From Saprospiraceae bacterium (GTDB lineage Bacteria > Bacteroidota > Bacteroidia > Chitinophagales > Saprospiraceae): 64,000 nucleotides of DNA. Of this stretch, positions 41,602 to 50,768 are shown in pieces. The position numbers and the translations under genes are program-made. The stretch spans positions 39,690 through 103,689 of the forward strand of contig JADKGD010000074.1 of assembly GCA_016717145.1 (NCBI GenBank). The letters are read 5' to 3'. The number at the start of each line of letters is the position of its first letter. The stretch's first letter is position 1. Under the pieces are notes generated by a model. It did not search any database and was not told the origin of the DNA. It worked only from the letters and a program-made list of their open reading frames with translations.

Positions 41602-42276
41602 ATGAAAAGATTAATACTGTTTTTATTTTTTTTAATTGCAATTATAGTGCAATCAAATGGTCAATATAGTAAAAAATCAAAAGAACTTTACAGTTCAAAG
41701 TATGGTTTAAAAATGGCCGGTGGATTAATTTTAGTGAGACGTGAAATAAGTGAAATTGGCAATGAAGAAAATTATGTTGTTAACCAGGTAACTCTAGCCC
41801 GTACCTTGCCTCAAAAATCTTTTGGCCTGTTTGGAAGAAAAAAATTCGGTTGGTTATATGCAGAAGCAAATGCGCTATATTCGTCTTATGGTATGGCATT
41901 TGACGTTACTTCCTACTCAACCGGCGTTGAAACAAAAAAAGAAATGGTCGAAAAATTTGGGTATGTTGACCTTCAAATCATGGGTGGGCTTACTACCAAT
42001 GGATTCAGAATTGGTGTTGGACCAGTTATGCATGTCTTAGCCCGCCATGATTCCGAATTAGCGGTATTGGACAACTTTAACCAAAAATTGAGAAATATTA
42101 GTTATGGTTTCACTGGCTCCATAGGCTATGATTTAAATAGATTTAGTTTTGATTTAAGATATGATAAAGCTTTTAGAACTGTAGGTGACCACATATACTA
42201 CGGTAACAAAAAATCACTATTTCTTGAAACACCGGATGCCCTTATGATTTCTATTGCTTATGCAATTATTGATTAA
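41602..42276 (+). CDS. Outer-membrane beta-barrel-like protein, paralog 1
   Basis: Signal peptide (MKRLILFLFFLIAIIVQSNGQ) and alternating beta-strand pattern. The C-terminal half is near-identical to the gene at 42675-43346 (EKFGYVDLQIMGG..RIGVGPVMH...FSFDLRYDKAFRTVGDHIYYG). Confidence 0.6.
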   Translation: MKRLILFLFFLIAIIVQSNGQYSKKSKELYSSKYGLKMAGGLILVRREISEIGNEENYVVNQVTLARTLPQKSFGLFGRKKFGWLYAEANALYSSYGMAFDVTSYSTGVETKKEMVEKFGYVDLQIMGGLTTNGFRIGVGPVMHVLARHDSELAVLDNFNQKLRNISYGFTGSIGYDLNRFSFDLRYDKAFRTVGDHIYYGNKKSLFLETPDALMISIAYAIID

Positions 42277-42312
42277 ACTCAAGTTTAATAAAAACGTCCT
42301 AAAAAACATAAT

Positions 42313-42345
42313 AAAAGCCACCTTGAGTTCAAGGTGGCTTTTTTA
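42313..42345 (+). terminator. Rho-independent terminator
   Basis: Perfect hairpin AAAAGCCACCTTGA-GT-TCAAGGTGGCTTTT followed by T residues. Confidence 0.8.
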
Positions 42346-42674
42346 TGTCTTACACTTTCCGCGTATTTATATTCTAACTACAATTTATTTATGTCGGATA
42401 TTTTACATAAGTCTGCATTTTAAGCTCTTTTCATAGACATATGTAAAATTTAAAAATATCTAATACGTCATATTATATATTGAATTAAATCATTTAATGA
42501 CACATATTAGTATGATAATTTTGATATTTATATTAATATCAAAATTTTATACTATTTCTATCTATAATACACATGTGAATAAAAAAAATATTCTGGCATA
42601 CTATTTACATACAAATATAATGTGCGTATTTTTTATAAAACCCATTCATTACAAATAAAACAAAATTTAATCCA

Positions 42675-43346
42675 ATGAAAAATTTATTCTTTTCCTCAAT
42701 GCTCCTATTCTTTGTTTGTCAAGCATTTGGACAAATCACACCGCTTGCAAAAGAAAAATTCAAATCCAGATATGGCGTAAAAGTTGTTGCAGGTTTGATC
42801 TCCAATAGACCTGAAAGTACTTATCTTGGTGATGAAAGCGGTGTAGCTTTGTATGAAATTTCGACTGCAAGAACTTTGATGCAAACATCTTTTGGTATGT
42901 TTGCTCAAAAAAAATATGGTTTCCTATATGTTGACGCCAGTGCTGTGTACTCTAATTATGGTGTTGTCTTTGATGTAAGTTCCATCTCTGGAAGAGATGA
43001 GACAAATCATAATATGATCGAAAAATTTGGCTACATTGATCTTCAGATTATGGGGGGCATAACAAGTCACGGTTTAAGAATTGGTGTTGGACCAGTGATG
43101 CATATTTTAGCAAATCATTCATCTGAATTGACTCATCTCGAAAATTTTTCTCAAAGAATGAGAACTACAAGTTATGGATTTAGTAGTACTTTAGGTTATG
43201 ACATAGGTATTTTTAGTTTTGATCTAAGATATGACAAAGCATTTAGAACTGTTGGTGATCACATTTATTATGGTTATAAAAAATCACAGTTTCACTCCAC
43301 GCCGGATGCAGTTTCATTCTCTATTGGAATTGCACTGGCCAGATAA
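42675..43346 (+). CDS. Outer-membrane beta-barrel-like protein, paralog 2
   Basis: Signal peptide (..FVCQAFGQ) and collinear similarity to paralog 1 over the full length. Confidence 0.6.
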   Translation: MKNLFFSSMLLFFVCQAFGQITPLAKEKFKSRYGVKVVAGLISNRPESTYLGDESGVALYEISTARTLMQTSFGMFAQKKYGFLYVDASAVYSNYGVVFDVSSISGRDETNHNMIEKFGYIDLQIMGGITSHGLRIGVGPVMHILANHSSELTHLENFSQRMRTTSYGFSSTLGYDIGIFSFDLRYDKAFRTVGDHIYYGYKKSQFHSTPDAVSFSIGIALAR

Positions 43347-43426
43347 TCGTACGCACCTGATTTGAGATTCAAGAAAAGAGTCACTTGCAATGCTAGTGGC
43401 TCTTTTCATATTGATTTCTGATACCA

Positions 43427-44203
43427 CTAATTAACTTTAATTAATTTTTTTCTTATCTGTTGATTTTTATTAAAAGCTGAAATAAAATAAATTCCAGCAG
43501 GCAGCAAAGTGGCATTAAATGTGAATGTATTTTTATCGTTTTGAGATATAGTCTTTTTTTCTAATTGCCTTCCAAAAGCATCCTCAATAATAAAAACAAT
43601 TTCCTCATTACAATTTGATGTTACATCAATTTCAGTATGATAAAAAAATGGGTTCGGAAAAGCTTTAATATTCAGACAAAAAGGTTTGTTTGTATTTTCT
43701 ACAGTATTAGTTGACAATGTAACATTCATCTTCATTTCTCCAAAACCATAACATGAACCACCGTGGTTTTGAAGTGCTGTAAGTAAAATGTATCTGGCTT
43801 CTATATTGTCAAGTGAAGGACCAATAAAACCTTCATATATTGGCTTTCCAGAAGCTTCCGGCATATCAAAATCAGGTAATGATATCCAGGTAATACCGTC
43901 AAGAGAAACATCAATGGCCATTTTTTTAACCCCATTTGAAAGTCTATCAGCCTCATTATTATTCCACCAATAGGTCTCACCTAAAGCATATCTGTGACCC
44001 AGGTTATACAATATCCAATGCGAGACGCCGCGGTCAGGATTTGGAGATTGTTTTTTATTGCAGGAAATCCAGCCGTCATACCATGTTGTGCTATGCTGAT
44101 CCATAAAACACTGTGCATTCATATTTAAGGTAAAAAATATTACTAAAAAGTGTATGATTAAAAGCTTCATATACCTCAGGTTGAATTTTGTTGTTTGAAT
44201 CAT
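43427..44203 (-). CDS. Secreted discoidin (F5/8 type C)-like domain protein with a T9SS C-terminal sorting domain
   Basis: Signal peptide. The core W..G...........W....LG....L....WWNNN...........K.M.IDVSLDGITW is like carbohydrate-binding discoidin folds. The C-terminus FPNPFFYHTEIDV...IEDAFGRQL...LPAGIYFISA is T9SS CTD-like. Start chosen at the internal ATG 44203, after the upstream stop. Confidence 0.6.
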   Translation of the reverse strand: MIQTTKFNLRYMKLLIIHFLVIFFTLNMNAQCFMDQHSTTWYDGWISCNKKQSPNPDRGVSHWILYNLGHRYALGETYWWNNNEADRLSNGVKKMAIDVSLDGITWISLPDFDMPEASGKPIYEGFIGPSLDNIEARYILLTALQNHGGSCYGFGEMKMNVTLSTNTVENTNKPFCLNIKAFPNPFFYHTEIDVTSNCNEEIVFIIEDAFGRQLEKKTISQNDKNTFTFNATLLPAGIYFISAFNKNQQIRKKLIKVN

Positions 44204-44222
44204 GATATCTGTTTTAGGTGAA

Positions 44223-45620
44223 TTAAAGGTCCAAAAAACCAATCGGAGCAGAAGTTCCGGGAGAATAAAAATTACCTAAATTAGGTAAAATCGTCTGTAA
44301 TTCAGATATTGGAACTCCAAACCAAAGCGCAAGTTCAGCAAAATAAAGATCATTAGGAGTAGTGGGTATAAGCACACCTCCACCAATGTCTAAACTACTG
44401 TCCAATCCAAGGTCAGGAAATTGTCCAAACATTTGATTTCCTTTTACCGGACCCCCAAAAGTAAAAACGTTTCCACCCCAGGCATGATCGGTGCCATTTC
44501 CATTGGATGTAAGCGTTCTTCCAAATTCTGACATTGAAAATGTCACGACTGAATCTTTTATTTGAATTTCACTCAATACGTTATTAAATTCTGATATCGC
44601 GTTGTCAAGTTCATTAAATAAATAATTCTGATCCCCCAATAATTCATCATGAGTATCCCAACCTCCGTAATCAATAAAAAATATTTGCTTTTTAAATCCT
44701 AATTTTTCACGAGCGGAAATGATCTTTGCAATCATTTTAAAATTACCTGATAAGTTTGTACTAGAAAAATTTGTTGCAAATTCCGGTATCTCATCTATGG
44801 CGGCTTGAAATTGAAGGCTAGAATCCAACGAGTTCCTAAAAATCCCTTTATAACTATCTCTAAATGGATCATTATATGTCCGCCCAAATAATTTGTCTAT
44901 AGCAGCTTTTCGTTGAGGTCCGGCTCCATACATATCTTCATAGCCTATCAAACCGGTTGCGCCATCATTATTAACGGTATATTCTACATTACGATTGCTA
45001 CTTTGAAAAGTATTTATACCTCCAAGCGATACATTCATTGATATACTATCGTTGGTATTTACTGAATAGAGCAAATCTGAAATCCTTCCGGCCCATCCTT
45101 TGATCAGTCTTTCACTACTTACACCTGTTTGCCATTGATTTGTCTGATCAGAATGAGAAAAAAGTCCCAAAGGTATTGGAGTACTACCCTCTACAAAAGC
45201 TGGTTTTGTAATTGGAGCTATCAAGGTACCTATATTATTTATAAAACATAATTCACCTTGATTAAACATATTTTGCATACCTATTAAGGCAGGATGCAAA
45301 CCATATGGAATGCCGCTAAGATTTATTGGGTTGATAGGTAAAAGACTTTCTGCAGGTAAAGATAAATTAGAACGGGAATCTGCATAAACCTGATATGATT
45401 CAGGCAATTTTGGCACTATCATGTTGTAGGAATCTGCTCCTCCGCCTAAATACAGGCCAACCAAAGCTTTATAATCTCCTGCAGCTGAATTCTGACCAAG
45501 TAATGCAGCAGCACCTAAATTTCTTAAATTGAATAATGAAGTAGCAGAAGTAGAAAGTCCCCCACCAAATAAAGCAGCCATTTTCATAAAATTCCTACGA
45601 GAAAACGATTCTTTAGACAT
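44223..45620 (-). CDS. DUF1501 family protein (sulfatase-fold, Tat signal)
   Basis: Twin-arginine signal SRRNFMKMAALFGGG. DYGGWDTHDE and SEFGRT motifs are typical of DUF1501. Confidence 0.85.
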   Translation of the reverse strand: MSKESFSRRNFMKMAALFGGGLSTSATSLFNLRNLGAAALLGQNSAAGDYKALVGLYLGGGADSYNMIVPKLPESYQVYADSRSNLSLPAESLLPINPINLSGIPYGLHPALIGMQNMFNQGELCFINNIGTLIAPITKPAFVEGSTPIPLGLFSHSDQTNQWQTGVSSERLIKGWAGRISDLLYSVNTNDSISMNVSLGGINTFQSSNRNVEYTVNNDGATGLIGYEDMYGAGPQRKAAIDKLFGRTYNDPFRDSYKGIFRNSLDSSLQFQAAIDEIPEFATNFSSTNLSGNFKMIAKIISAREKLGFKKQIFFIDYGGWDTHDELLGDQNYLFNELDNAISEFNNVLSEIQIKDSVVTFSMSEFGRTLTSNGNGTDHAWGGNVFTFGGPVKGNQMFGQFPDLGLDSSLDIGGGVLIPTTPNDLYFAELALWFGVPISELQTILPNLGNFYSPGTSAPIGFLDL

Positions 45621-45625
45621 AGATA

Positions 45626-47425
45626 TTATTTTTTTATGACGTAATCCGGGCTAATAAATGTTAAATATAAAGCAAGAATTATTTTTTCACGACTTCCATA
45701 AAGTGTAGGAACCATGTTTTTTATTGATTCTTTAATTGTTGCACGAGTTTCTTCACTCATTCTTCCATTGGTAAATAACAGGTCAATATGATTGATCAAA
45801 ACCTCATCATCATGCGCTATTTCAAAATATCCTGATGCATTCGTTGGCCCTTGAAAATAATCATCTTCCCAGTTATTGACTGTATATTCATAATAGTTCC
45901 AGATAAAAGCTAAATTAGCATAATCTAATGAGGTGAGGCTATTTAAAATTTGAAACTCAGGGGCAACCAATCCTGAATCACTTAAGACACCTGTTGGCAT
46001 GTAGTCCGGGGAATAAAAATTAAATACGCTTGGCGCAGAAAGTGGGTGCTGGAAAGTGCTATTTTCAAGATTGCTTCCGTGGTTAAAAAAATAGCCTGAA
46101 GGCAATTCAATTCCTACGCCTTTTAGAAATTGAGTATGTCTTAAGACCGGTTCCATTAATTTTCCAAAGCCAGCTGCATAGGTAAATTCGCATTCCCTTG
46201 CCTCTTCATCCATAATAATAGCATTTACCGTGGCTTTAAGGTTTCCTCTTACTCCGCTACCATCGTTATTAAAAATGGAAGCTACTCTGCCAATATATTC
46301 ATTTGAGGGGTTGGATGAAACCAAACGCTGAATGAGTAAGCGACTAATAAAAGGACCTGTGTTGGGATGATTAAAAAGAATATCAATGGCATCGCTTATG
46401 TCTTTCATGCCGCTTTGATTATTAGGAATTACGTGCGATCCAAATAATATTTTTTCACCTTGCTGATGCCATTCTTCATACATCTTCATTGGTTTTGTCA
46501 TATCTGCACCATATAATCCTGAACCAAATTCCGGCTCATTCATTCCCTCAATGGAGGCAGAAATCCCCAGCCCGGTAAATACTTTTGCCAATTCAGCAAT
46601 ATCATTATTATTATATGTTGGAATATTGTTGCCATTTCCGTCTACTTTTCTGGTGCCGTCAATATTCAATTCATACAAACCAATGGTAAAAAGCTGCATT
46701 ACTTCTCTGGCAAAATTCTGATCAGGGTGAATATTTTCTTCCGGAATTTCCTTAGGATTGTTGAGGTGGCTTAAATATGAACCCATACATGGATGTAATG
46801 TCATTTCCAACAATAAATCCCTAAAATTACCAAAGGCATTTCTTGAAAGCAAATCATAATAAGAAGCAAGACCTCGTGCATAATTCCCGATATCCGCATC
46901 GTCTGAAACAACCAAAATCTGGCTCAATGCATAGGCAATACGCTGTCGGAGCTGATCCTTTCCAAATGTGTTAATATTCCACCACGAATACCTGAAGTGG
47001 CGCCAATCGGGATTTGGAGATACATCCTCCGGATCAACACCCTTATTTATGTAAAAGTCATACAAGACCTTTGCAAAGCTATCTGTTTGAATCAGATAAT
47101 TACTTCGTTCTGACGCAAACTGCTTATCCATCCAACCTTGTTTGCCTAAAGTTATAGCAGCATCAATATCTTCCATATCATATCCGAAGGATGTCTGAGA
47201 TAAAAACCGGGACATTTCAGCCCTTTTACCATTCAGACCGGAACCTGATATGGTTTTTTCACCTGATGCAGTTTCATAAAAAAAATTTCTTTCGTTTTCA
47301 TCACTTGTGGTAATGACAATACCTTTGCTGTGTCCTGCACCAATAAAGTCTGTATATGGTTGGCAATATGTTGCCGAGAAGTAAATAATACATAAAATTA
47401 AGGTAATCGTTATTTTCATTTGCAT
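45626..47425 (-). CDS. DUF1800 family protein
   Basis: HPCMGSYLSHLNN...NFAREVMQLFTIGLYEL...ELAKVFTG is characteristic of DUF1800. It lies immediately upstream of the DUF1501 gene, which is the canonical pairing. Start set at the internal MQMKITITL... signal peptide. Confidence 0.8.
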   Translation of the reverse strand: MQMKITITLILCIIYFSATYCQPYTDFIGAGHSKGIVITTSDENERNFFYETASGEKTISGSGLNGKRAEMSRFLSQTSFGYDMEDIDAAITLGKQGWMDKQFASERSNYLIQTDSFAKVLYDFYINKGVDPEDVSPNPDWRHFRYSWWNINTFGKDQLRQRIAYALSQILVVSDDADIGNYARGLASYYDLLSRNAFGNFRDLLLEMTLHPCMGSYLSHLNNPKEIPEENIHPDQNFAREVMQLFTIGLYELNIDGTRKVDGNGNNIPTYNNNDIAELAKVFTGLGISASIEGMNEPEFGSGLYGADMTKPMKMYEEWHQQGEKILFGSHVIPNNQSGMKDISDAIDILFNHPNTGPFISRLLIQRLVSSNPSNEYIGRVASIFNNDGSGVRGNLKATVNAIIMDEEARECEFTYAAGFGKLMEPVLRHTQFLKGVGIELPSGYFFNHGSNLENSTFQHPLSAPSVFNFYSPDYMPTGVLSDSGLVAPEFQILNSLTSLDYANLAFIWNYYEYTVNNWEDDYFQGPTNASGYFEIAHDDEVLINHIDLLFTNGRMSEETRATIKESIKNMVPTLYGSREKIILALYLTFISPDYVIKK

Positions 47426-47694
47426 AAATAAATTTTTAAGGATTGTATACCTGTTGACTAATCGTACCTGTAATAAGATCATTTTGATACTCATGCCTAT
47501 CAAGTAATAAGATATCAAAAATTATCATTACGCTCCCAAAATGTCATATGTTAAACGAAATTAATCAATTTCCCCCTAAATCAATATTAAGTCTTTACAT
47601 AATCGTTCAAAATATTGTAAAATACATAGCCTTTCACTCGCGAACAAAGTATGATAACTAAAACAGTATTAATTAATCAATAAACAAAAATGTA

Positions 47695-48741
47695 CTAATT
47701 GGGGTCTTTGAAAGCAGGATTTGTTAAAAATGAATCATCTGTAAGTGTATGTAAAAAAGCAATAACATCATCCCTATCTTGTTTGGTGAGACCAAGTCCT
47801 CCTGGTTGAATGTTGTATTGCATTAAAACATCCAGAGTTGATGAGTTGTTAACACCTACATTATAATGTTTAAGAACATCATCAAGGGAAGAAAATCGCC
47901 CGTCATGCATATAAGGTCCGGTAACGGCAATATTTCTAAGAGAAGGTGTCTTAAACTTAGCCCTATCTTCCGGCAAAAAGCTAACTTTTTCCCTGCCCGT
48001 ATCTGTAAAAGAAATATCTTCATCCAGACCATTGTTCATATAATCATCATTTGAAAAGTTAAAACCTCCGTGACAATGAAAACATTCTGCCCCTTTTGTT
48101 TTTCCGGTGGGATCAAATTCTTTAAAAAATAAATTCCTTCCACGTTCTTCTGAATCAGTCAATGTAGTCTTTCCATTTAAAAATCTGTCATATTTAGCAT
48201 CATTTGAGACAAGTGTAAACATAAACTGTTCTAAAGCAAATGAAATATTTACACTATTTATAGCACCATCAACAAACGATCTTGTAAATTGATCCTTATA
48301 TAAGTTGGTTGAGGATAGTTTAAGGATTACATTATCTAAAGTTTCATTCATCTCGAGATGATCCTGAATTGGTTTTAAGGCCTGATCCCTTAGCTTTGGT
48401 GCACGTCCATCCCAAAAAAATCCATTATTATGCCAGGCCATATTTATTATTGGCATTGCTTGTCTGGTGCCTTCAAGTCCGTCAACTCCTTTACTAAAAG
48501 TATTTAAATCTGAAAATCCATCTTTCTGGGCATGACAACCTGCACATGCCAATTTATTACCTTTTGACAACATTTTTTCATAAAAGAGCATACGTCCAAG
48601 TTTTATTCCTTCTATGGTTAATTTATTATCCAAGGGAAGCTCGGGCGTCGGAAAATTTCCATACTCTAATGTATAAGGCGTTGAATCATAAGTGATTAAT
48701 TCACCTACAGTTTTGTCTTTGGAACATCTAAGGAAGCACAA
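47695..48741 (-). CDS. Di-heme cytochrome c peroxidase (CCP/MauG/MbnH family)
   Basis: Two CxxCH sites (CAGCH, CFHCH) and the conserved PSLRN and GPYMHDG motifs. A probable lipoprotein signal (..KSKKIFYVLTLLCFLRCSKD) extends upstream of the tracked TTG start, and no canonical start codon is seen in that frame. Confidence 0.88.
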   Translation of the reverse strand: MCFLRCSKDKTVGELITYDSTPYTLEYGNFPTPELPLDNKLTIEGIKLGRMLFYEKMLSKGNKLACAGCHAQKDGFSDLNTFSKGVDGLEGTRQAMPIINMAWHNNGFFWDGRAPKLRDQALKPIQDHLEMNETLDNVILKLSSTNLYKDQFTRSFVDGAINSVNISFALEQFMFTLVSNDAKYDRFLNGKTTLTDSEERGRNLFFKEFDPTGKTKGAECFHCHGGFNFSNDDYMNNGLDEDISFTDTGREKVSFLPEDRAKFKTPSLRNIAVTGPYMHDGRFSSLDDVLKHYNVGVNNSSTLDVLMQYNIQPGGLGLTKQDRDDVIAFLHTLTDDSFLTNPAFKDPN

Positions 48742-48964
48742 AAGAGTTAATACATAAAATATTTTTTTTGATTTAATGAAATATTAACGTCATTTGAAGA
48801 ATGTAACTGCATATTTGAATAAATTTGCTGCCCTGAAATATTTGTAACTAAAAGAGAACTTTGATTGCCAGGAGTTTCCATAAACTTGATAAATATCATT
48901 CCATTTGAAGCAGATGTAGTAAAATAGCTGATGATTTGATATTATCATCTTTAATGGCAAGTTT

Positions 48965-49255
48965 ATCTATTCTAAACGGCCACAGCATTGCCCCGCTTTT
49001 TTGTGTTCCCTACCGTGCTGAATCAACCACCATTAAGCTCATTAATTAAAATTTGCTAACCGTTAGGTTTTTTTCGTTGTCAAAGCTCTTTTCGGTTCGC
49101 CTGTTGATCCCCAAACTAGTTTCGTTCCATCCAATGTTGTCTACCAGCCTTCAGCTAAAACCTATGCCCGTTGGATCTTGAATGCCGCTTCACACACAAC
49201 GGGCAGTTGCCCCACACGTTTTGGGTCGTACATTTCTGTTTGTCCGGCTTTTTGC
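48965..49255. other. GC-enriched segment without a sustained ORF (candidate structured RNA, insertion scar or decayed gene)
   Basis: About 290 nt, clearly more GC-rich than the flanks. No frame on the minus strand, nor the one plus-strand frame I translated, gave a sustained ORF. Several local stems, for example GCCCGTTG (49166-49173) / CAACGGGC (49197-49204), and palindromes AAACTAGTTT and CTAACGGTTAG (minus-strand reading; CTAACCGTTAG on the plus strand). Confidence 0.4.
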
Positions 49256-49500
49256 TTTACGTGTGTGTCTGGAAAAGTAGAATCGCCACTTTTATCATAA
49301 ACACCAATTTGAGAAAGGTAAAATTCTGCCCTTTTTAAGATAACATTTTTACCATTCCATATTGGGAAAACTGTATTTTCCAGTATCAAATCTTCACTGC
49401 CAGCTTTGTGTTTGAATGTTATGGATAGCGGTTTTAAGTTTTGGGCTACCACAAAACCAACCATAAAAAAAAGCGATAAAAAAACAATCATTCGAATCAT
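49162..49500 (-). pseudogene. MbnP-like periplasmic protein, N-terminal fragment only
   Basis: Signal peptide plus LSITFKHKAGSEDLILENTVFPIWNGKNVILKRAEFYLSQIGVYDKSGD. This resembles the N-terminal strand pattern (L.I.F....G...L......G.....L...EFY.S.I) of MbnP-family proteins that usually precede MbnH-type di-heme peroxidases. Similarity stops near 49260, and the remainder of the tracked ORF runs into the GC-rich segment. Confidence 0.35.
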
Positions 49501-49610
49501 TTGGTATAAATTTCAATCTTTAATCATTAATAAAAAATGCTAGGGTACTTGTTTGACATTCAATCAAATAAATACAAAAATACAAAACATAATTATATAG
49601 ATACCTATAA

Positions 49611-49913
49611 CTATTTAAATTTCAATTTTTTCAGGATTTCAATAGATACACTGTCAGTCATATTTCCATCTCCTGTTACTAAAATACCCTTGACACCGGA
49701 AGAGGAAACAATACCATATACAGTAGCTTCATCTGCCGGGTCTGAATTTCCTTCATACCTGAATACTTCAACAATTTCAAACTCATCAGGATTAAATTTT
49801 TCAGGGTGACATACGATACAGTTTTTTTCAAGATTAAAATCTACTGTAAACCCCTGTGATCTCAGCTCATTGATGGCTTCTGAAACCGTTTCATAAAAAT
49901 ATTTATTTTCCAT
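49611..49913 (-). CDS. Small conserved hypothetical protein
   Basis: About 100 aa from the internal ATG (MENKYFYETVSEAINELRSQGFTVDF...). No function recognised. Confidence 0.45.
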   Translation of the reverse strand: MENKYFYETVSEAINELRSQGFTVDFNLEKNCIVCHPEKFNPDEFEIVEVFRYEGNSDPADEATVYGIVSSSGVKGILVTGDGNMTDSVSIEILKKLKFK

Positions 49914-50164
49914 AATATGACATAAAAATAATTGATGTGGCAAATATAGGATGATTTGAATATATAGGTTTACCTAAAAACTTAAATTAAAAAAAATAGC
50001 ACCAATAAACCCTTTTTTAAAATGTTGGCTTATAGAAATAAGCCCAGCATCAGTATTGCATGTTAAAATCAAAATCAAATTTGTTAATTTAATGTGAATA
50101 CATTTAAGGAAACTTTTGCACCTGAATTAGTTTCCTTAGTTTCGCATTCAAATTAAAAAAAAGA

Positions 50165-50766
50165 GTGGATATTAAATCCAGAATATTAACAAAAGCGGAA
50201 GAATTAGGCAGATTGATTGGTTTTAGAGCCATAACTATGGATGATTTGGCTGCGCAGCTTGGCATTTCCAAAAAAACCATTTATCAGTTTTACAATGATA
50301 AAAATGAGCTGGTTGATGATGTTATGTCTGAAGTGATTAAAAAATCACAAGAGAAATGTTTATTTGCTGCGAGTACGTCAAAGAATGCTATTGATGAGAT
50401 TTTTATAACCATGGAAATGGTAAGGGAAGACCTACAAAACCTGAATCCAATTATAGTGTATGATTTACAAAATATTTCCCTTCGACCTATCTGAAATTTC
50501 TAGAATATAAAAACACCTTTGTTTTTAAACTAATTGTAAACAACTTGGTTTTGGGTAAAGCAGATGGCTATTACAGGCAAGAAATAGATGCTGAGATACT
50601 GGCTAAATTTAGAATCGAGTCTATGCTAATAGGCTTTAATCAAGGGGTGTATCCTTCTAGCAAATACTCATTGGTTGATGTAACCCACATGGTTCTTGAG
50701 CATTTCTTATATGGTATAGTTACACCAAAAGGACTTAAATTAATTGAACAATATAAAACAACTTAG
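50165..50766 (+). CDS. TetR/AcrR-family transcriptional regulator (one frameshift)
   Basis: N-terminal HTH ITMDDLAAQLGISKKTIYQFYNDKNELV. The two ORFs (50165-50494 and 50545-50766) are collinear with a single TetR protein. It sits upstream of the efflux operon. Confidence 0.8.
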
Positions 50767-50768
50767 TT

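Noticed and set aside
48742-48790. The ISLNQKK/IFYVLTLL junction as the continuation of the T9SS CTD-like remnant into the peroxidase ORF (a fusion protein)
   Set aside because: KSKKIFYVLTLLCFLRCSKD reads as an ordinary lipoprotein signal peptide, of the kind normally found on di-heme peroxidases. A sorting domain in front of a signal peptide makes no sense. The resemblance is taken as coincidental.
48965-49255. GC-rich segment as tmRNA, RNase P RNA, SRP RNA, tRNA, 5S rRNA, or a cobalamin, fluoride or c-di-GMP riboswitch
   Set aside because: I looked for the hallmark strings and found none on either strand. These were the GGAAAGTCCGG box of RNase P, a tRNA-like GGTTCGAATCC arm, a tmRNA tag ORF ending in ALAA, the GCCACTG B12 box preceded by GGTG.AA.TCC, and the GGCGATG...CCTAC pattern of fluoride riboswitches. 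This is a by-eye check only, so an Rfam scan is still needed.
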